Source: the human T2T-CHM13v2.0 reference genome, Homo sapiens. Taken from it: 64,000 nucleotides of DNA. Numbering within the stretch: the stretch's first letter is position 1; each line of letters starts with the position of its first letter. A program made the translations under genes and the position numbers. The notes under the pieces are model-generated. The model was given only the letters and a program-made list of their open reading frames with translations, was not told where the DNA came from and did not search any database. Of this stretch, positions 54,381-64,000 are shown one piece after another. The stretch lies in assembly GCF_009914755.1 (NCBI RefSeq), contig NC_060946.1; one strand, 5' to 3'.

Positions 54381-54690
54381 TCAGGTGTGGCAGCTCACAC
54401 CTGTAATCTCAGCACTTTGGGAGGCCAAGGCAGGAGGATCACTTGAGCCAGGGGTTCTAGACCAGCCAGGGCAACATGGTGAGACCCCCATCTCTACAAA
54501 AAATAGAAAAAGTTCGTTGGGCATGGTGGCATGTGCCTGTGGTCCCAGCTTCTTGGGAGGCTCAGGTGGATCACCTGAGCCCATGTAGTTAACGTTACAG
54601 TAAGCCATGATTATGCCACTGCATTCTAGCAGCAGTGGGCGACAGAGACCCAGTCTCAAAACAAAACAAAACGAAACAAGAAACCAGAAA
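54381..54690 (+). mobile_element. AluJ
   Basis: Diverged Alu. Confidence 0.82.
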
Positions 54691-55205
54691 AAAGAAGACA
54701 TCTATTAATCAGACCAAAGTCCTAAAAAAGAAATAACATTTAATCAGACCGAAGTCCTAAAAGAGAAATAACATTTAAAAAGAAGACATCTAAAGTTGTA
54801 ATCATACCCTGCATGTTTTATCCAAGCCTAGAATTCATATTAACACAAAATATATTACTGATAGCTGTTCCACACTTTTTTTGTAGCCCTTGTTAAGACT
54901 AAGAATGTATGTATTTTGAATCTGTTTTTGGCTGATAAATGTGTGAACCCCGCACGTTTATAGTCTGTTGAAAGAATATACCTCAAATATAGTCACTGTC
55001 TCATATTTTCTTTCTTTTTTTCATCTCAAGTTTGGAAATGTTTGAAAATGCCCATGTATAATGATAATTGTAGTCTCTTTCTTAGAAAGGAAATCACAAA
55101 TAATTTATATAGAATCTTAATATTTCCACTTATTGATGTACTACAACTCAGATATACTTCCTTTGTGTTACTCTTTGGATGATGTAAAATCAAATTTGCT
55201 TCCTT

Positions 55206-55486
55206 GCCAGGCATGGTGGCTCACACCTGTTATCCCAGCACTTTGGAAGGCCAAGGTGGGAAGATTGCTTAAGACCAGTTCTGGCAATATAGTGAGATCC
55301 TCATCTCTACAAAATAGTTAAAAAATTAGCCAGTCTTGGTAGCACACACTGGTAGTCCCAGCTACTGGGGAGGCTGAGGCAGGAGGATGGCTTCAGCCCA
55401 GGAGTTCGAGGCTACAGTGAGCCATAATTGTACCATTGCACTCCAGCCTGGGCAACAGAGCAAGACCCTGTCTCAAGAAAAAAAAA
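55206..55486 (+). mobile_element. AluJ
   Basis: TSD aaatttgcttcctt. Confidence 0.88.
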
Positions 55487-55658
55487 TTTGCTTCCTTAAA
55501 TTATATTATTGTTTTAGATGACCTCCAGAGAATCATGAAACTGCAAGGAGGATGAAAAGCAAGAGGAAATATGAAGGAAACCAGATTGATTAAATTATAT
55601 GTGGATCCAATAGTAATTATTTGTTGTCTACTTTTTGGTAAATATTTTTCATATTTCA

Positions 55659-55989
<331 letters not shown>

Positions 55990-56430
55990 CTAAGTTTGAC
56001 TCTTTTAAGACCACATCAATACAAATAAGAATAGTAACAGATTCTGTTACAAGTGTTTATAAATTGCCAGGGGAGGACAACAGAGAAAGGATTTGCCTTG
56101 GGGCAAAAGGAAAGGCCCCTACAGGAAGAAACACTTGATCAGGGCATTGGGTGCAGGAGAGCTTAGCCATTTAGCCATGTCATTCAGGGATAAAGGTTTC
56201 CAGGGAGCAGGAAGGGGGAAACTTTGCCTTTGAATTTAAACTAGTATAATTTATAATAATCTTGTGAAGAGCAAGTAGTCAGGATATCCTCAGCTATTAA
56301 AAAACAGAAATGATGACTAACTGAGTGGTTATGAGATGCCAGGGGCCCGTGTCTTTTGGTGGGCGTTTCAGAAAGTAGAACGGGGACAGAAAGCTTGGAT
56401 CCGGACCAGGTCTCTTCATAAACTTCCACA

Positions 56431-56449
56431 CAGCGCCACCTGGAGACAG
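56431..56449 (-). promoter_or_regulatory. CTCF motif (reverse)
   Basis: Minus strand CTGTCTCCAGGTGGCGCTG. Confidence 0.6.
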
Positions 56450-56701
56450 GGAAGAGGGAGGCAGCTGAGAGAAAACCCTAGGTAGTTTCACTATTACTTC
56501 ATTTATCAAACGTGGTTCAATATGTCTGCAATAGTCATGCAAAAACTAAAACCTGTTCACACTTTACAGATTAAGCACAAACTATTTACAAATACAGAGA
56601 GTAATATTAATGAAATTAAATGTACAGGAATGATTTTGTCTAAAAGCAAAGAAAAAATTATAAATACTGGCCACGGGCAATGTTCTTGAGATTTTTAGAT
56701 A

Positions 56702-56990
56702 CAGCTGACCCTTAAAAAATGTGGGGTTTAGGGGCACTGAGCCCCCGGCAGTCCAATACCTGTGCATAACTTTTGACTTCCCAATAACTTAAGGATGAAT
56801 GGCCCATTGTTGACTGGAAGCCTTACCCATAATATCAAGTCCGTTAACGCATATTTTGCATATGTGTTATGTACTGTGTTCTTACAGTAAAGTAAGCTAG
56901 ACCAAAGAAAATGTTCTTAAGAAAATCATAATGCAGAAAAAATATTTTTATGTGGAAGTGAATTCAACCTCTTCTAAATGTGGATCTTCA
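56702..56990 (+). mobile_element. Tigger2/MER8-like DNA transposon fragment
   Basis: cagctgaccctt...gtataacttttgact-like motif. Confidence 0.7.
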
Positions 56991-57307
56991 CAAGAGTAAG
57001 TCCTTTTTAATAAATGACTGGTCTAATGAGTGTGGTTTTAGGAAAGACCTGTGAGTAAGTTTGACTAATTTTCTTCATCAAACTGTGAGTTTTTATTTTC
57101 ATGATCAAAAACAATTTGAAATTAGCTCCATTCATAACAATTAATTTTGATGCCAAATGTTTTGTTTGAACAGTTTCAATCCTGATCCCAAATCTTACCA
57201 ACGCCCACAATATACAAGACCTAATTTAGAATGATGTGGCAATATTTGTCCATATTAACTGTGAAAACCCTTTAGTGAGGACGATCTCCTTTGTGGCAAT
57301 CTGCTTA

Positions 57308-57441
57308 TGACGTCAGTAAAAATCTAATATATAGCATAATTAAATCAAAATCTGATTGGATTAAGAATGATAAGCAGGATGTGAATAAGGTGGGAGGAGG
57401 GACACTCTACACAAAAACCCTTGTAAGTGGAGCTCACTCCA
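57308..57441 (+). promoter_or_regulatory. Candidate RFPL-type promoter: CRE, two DUX4-type motifs, decayed TATA, Inr
   Basis: TGACGTCA at 57308-57315; TAATTAAATCA at 57337-57347; TGATTGGATTA (reverse complement TAATCCAATCA) at 57353-57363; TACACAAAAA at 57408; CTCACTCC at 57433. Confidence 0.6.
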
Positions 57442-57496
57442 ACTGAGTTGTCAGTGGAAGCAATTGGAGGCCAGGGGAGAACCTAGTGGAGCAGAG
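57436..57496 (+). other. Candidate non-coding exon 1 of the RFPL-like remnant
   Basis: Follows the promoter motifs, has no ATG, and ends GAG|gtgaga. Confidence 0.5.
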
Positions 57497-57929
57497 GTGA
57501 GAATAAATTAAGAAAAAAATTAAAATTTTAATACAGAAAATGTTATCATTTCAGCATGAAATTAACTTTAAGATTGTTTTTAAGAAACAGGGTCTCCCTC
57601 CATCACCCAGGCTGGAGTGCAGTGGCACGATCATAGCTCACTGTAGCTTCAACTTCTTGGGCTCAGGCGATCCTCCCGACTCAGCCTCCCAGGGTGCTAG
57701 GACTACAGGCACATGCCACTGCACCCAGCCAACCTTTAAAAGTTCTTAACAACATCATTTACATTCTCTATTTCTCATTACATTTTCCAAATCCATTATG
57801 CATTTTACACTGAAAGCACATCTCAATTCTGATATGCCCCATTTCAGGTGCTCAAGAGCCACATGTGGCAGGACAGCCCAGTATAGACACTTTTATGACA
57901 TCAACTTCCCAAAGAAACAATCAAGTCCT

Positions 57930-58184
<255 letters not shown>

Positions 58185-58374
58185 AGCATTTAAAATATCA
58201 GAAGCTCAAGGCCCTGAGTCTTTTATATATGTATTTATATTGTGTTTCATTATGTTTCACTAGTAATTGTGCATAGTAGGCCCTGATATCTCTATGTATA
58301 TAAGGAGGAAAGATTTCCAAGGAGTGTTGTCCTTCAACTCGTGACACTCTAATAGCATGTACATTTTTCCATAG

Positions 58375-58666
58375 AGAGTGGTCACGGCTGAACAATTTCA
58401 AGAAGCGAGTCGATGTCTCATCTCCCTATCTTATCTTGAAAAACCCGTGTACCTAAGTCGTGGATGTGTCTGCTGCATCCGCTGCATCAGTTCACTTCTG
58501 AAGGAACCCCATGAGGAAGGTGTAATGTGCTCCTTTCGCTCTGTGGCTACTCAGAAGAATGACATCAGGCCCGATTTCCAGCTGGGAAAGATGGATTCTA
58601 AAATCAAGGAACTGGAGCCCCAGCTGACAATTCTATATCAGAACCCAAAGACGCTGAAGTTCCAAG
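58375..58666 (+). pseudogene. RFPL (ret finger protein-like) RING-encoding exon, unprocessed remnant with ATG changed to ACG
   Basis: TAEQFQEASRCLISLSYLEKP...KEPHEEG...SKIKELEPQL...NPKTLKFQ aligns with the RFPL1-4 N-terminus (FQEASSCPVC..YLEKP..KELEPKL..NPRMRKFQ). Acceptor ttttccatag, phase-1 donor G|gtaaga. Confidence 0.85.
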
Positions 58667-58859
58667 GTAAGAAATCTGTAAAATTTGCTCTCAGCCCATC
58701 AATGGCCCTGAGAAAGTAGCCATTCAAAATGTTCTCCATTAAATATGGGCATAGGCTGAATTCTGGCACCTGAAATATTTATGCCCCCAAACCATAGTTG
58801 AATATAGACTAGAGATGACTAGAGATTTTGAAGGTAATGTAATAGTTAGGTCGTGCTCT

Positions 58860-59365
58860 AGGCCTGTGCTGTCTAATGTGGTAGTCGCCATTGGCTGCAG
58901 AGCCCTTAAATGTGGTTAGTGTCCTCTGTGAAAATGATAATAATTTGGGATATACAGGCTTATAATATACTATTTAAAGTATTTTTTGCATTTTTTCTCT
59001 TGAGACAGAGTTTCGCTCTTTCGCCCAGGCTGAGTGCAGTGGTGTGATCTCGGCTTACTGCACGCTCTGCCTTCTGGGTTCAAGCGATTCTGCCTCAGCC
59101 TCCTGAGTAGCTGGGACTGCAGGAGCATGCCACCACACCGGGCTAATTTTTATATTTTTAGTAAACACAGGGTTTTGCCATGTTGGCCATGGCGGTCTCG
59201 AACTCCTCACCTTGTGATCTGCCCACCCTGGCCTCCCAAAGTGCTGGGATTACAGGCGTGAGCCACCACGAGCGGCTGCATGTTTTTTATTACTTTTTTA
59301 GCATGTCTACAGGAAAATTTAAAATTATACATGTGGCTGTCATATTTCTTTGGGTGTAGCACTGA
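58860..59365. mobile_element. MER33-like DNA element interrupted by a minus-strand AluS (58983-59278)
   Basis: gtgctgtctaatgtggtagtc...aaatttaaaattatacatgtggct. Confidence 0.7.
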
Positions 59366-59467
59366 CCTAAAACATAACTTCTCAAGCTTGTTTATATTAA
59401 ATCACCTGGAGATCTTTTAAAAATCCGTATTTTGATTCCATAGGAGTGGGCTGGCCTGTCCTGTAGA

Positions 59468-63279
<3,812 letters not shown>

Positions 63280-63280
<1 letters not shown>

Positions 63281-63550
63281 CTGGAAGACCATCTGATACT
63301 ATGTATCAAGAATCTCAAAAATATTCATATACTATAATGCAATAAGGCCATTTCTAAAAATTTACCCTGAGAAGATAATCCAGACCTGTGCTACAATTTC
63401 CATTACAGAGACATCTGTTGTAATATTGTTTACGGAAGGGGGAAACAGAAAACAGCCTCCATGTCCACAGAGGAATGATTAAATATGTGGTACACCTACA
63501 GGCTGGAGTGTAAAATGGACACAAAAACAAGAAGAAATGCTCATGAGAAA
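63280..63550 (+). mobile_element. Old L1 3' fragment
   Basis: Degenerate L1ME-like motifs. Confidence 0.5.
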
Positions 63551-63865
63551 ACACAGTGATAGACGCCTTTTCTAAACAGTTTCTGCTTTGTTTGGGGTAA
63601 GTGTTCCACCATTACCATCCCTAAATGCTCTAGTATAGTATAGTCTTAATCACATGTTTATTTGTATGCATCTATTATTACTTTATAAAATCTTTGAAAA
63701 CCAAGTCTGTATCTGTCTCATCACCACTGCTGGCACAGCTCACAAGTATTTGCTGAGTGAGTTATTTAATCAGAAGTTACAAAACCAAACCAAACCTTAT
63801 TTCCTTTTTGATTCTTTCAACTACCTAACTCTACAGCATACGGCACTATTTCCTAAACAAGAGAA

Positions 63866-63911
63866 AGCAAAACAAACAAACAAGCAAACAAAAACAAACA
63901 AACAAACAAAC
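63866..63911. repeat. (CAAA)n
   Basis: Direct inspection. Confidence 0.85.
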
Positions 63912-64000
63912 TCCAAATACTTTAAATGCTATTACAGATTATAAAATTACAACACTGCAGACTTGGCAGAAGGAAAGATTTAGATTTCAGAAAACATACA

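Overview
Human-like (primate) genomic DNA, recognisable as the SLC5A4 (SGLT3) locus on 22q12. The full 15-exon gene lies on the minus strand (ATG 45417 to TGA 8597). I reconstructed every exon with GT-AG boundaries, giving a 1980-nt CDS (659 aa) that includes the sensor-defining E457 and sits behind a TATA/HNF1 promoter. Right of the gene are three relics: a TSD-flanked, 3'UTR-only retrocopy nested in an old L1 (49921-52623); an RFPL-family gene remnant (CRE and DUX4-type motifs, candidate non-coding exon 1, RING exon with ATG changed to ACG, no B30.2 exon in the window); and a 5'-truncated CPSF1 processed pseudogene (about 59468-63280). At the left end, an immunoglobulin-lambda J-type 12-bp RSS has no J segment and abuts a truncated L1 5'UTR within 0-2 nt of the heptamer. 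The rest is Alu, L1, L2, MIR, LTR and MER repeats. The two most interesting hypotheses are (1) a fossil germline RAG signal-end junction and (2) a DUX4-inducible RFPL-RING::CPSF1P1 chimeric transcript. Family names are from recognition, not database searches, and repeat boundaries are approximate.
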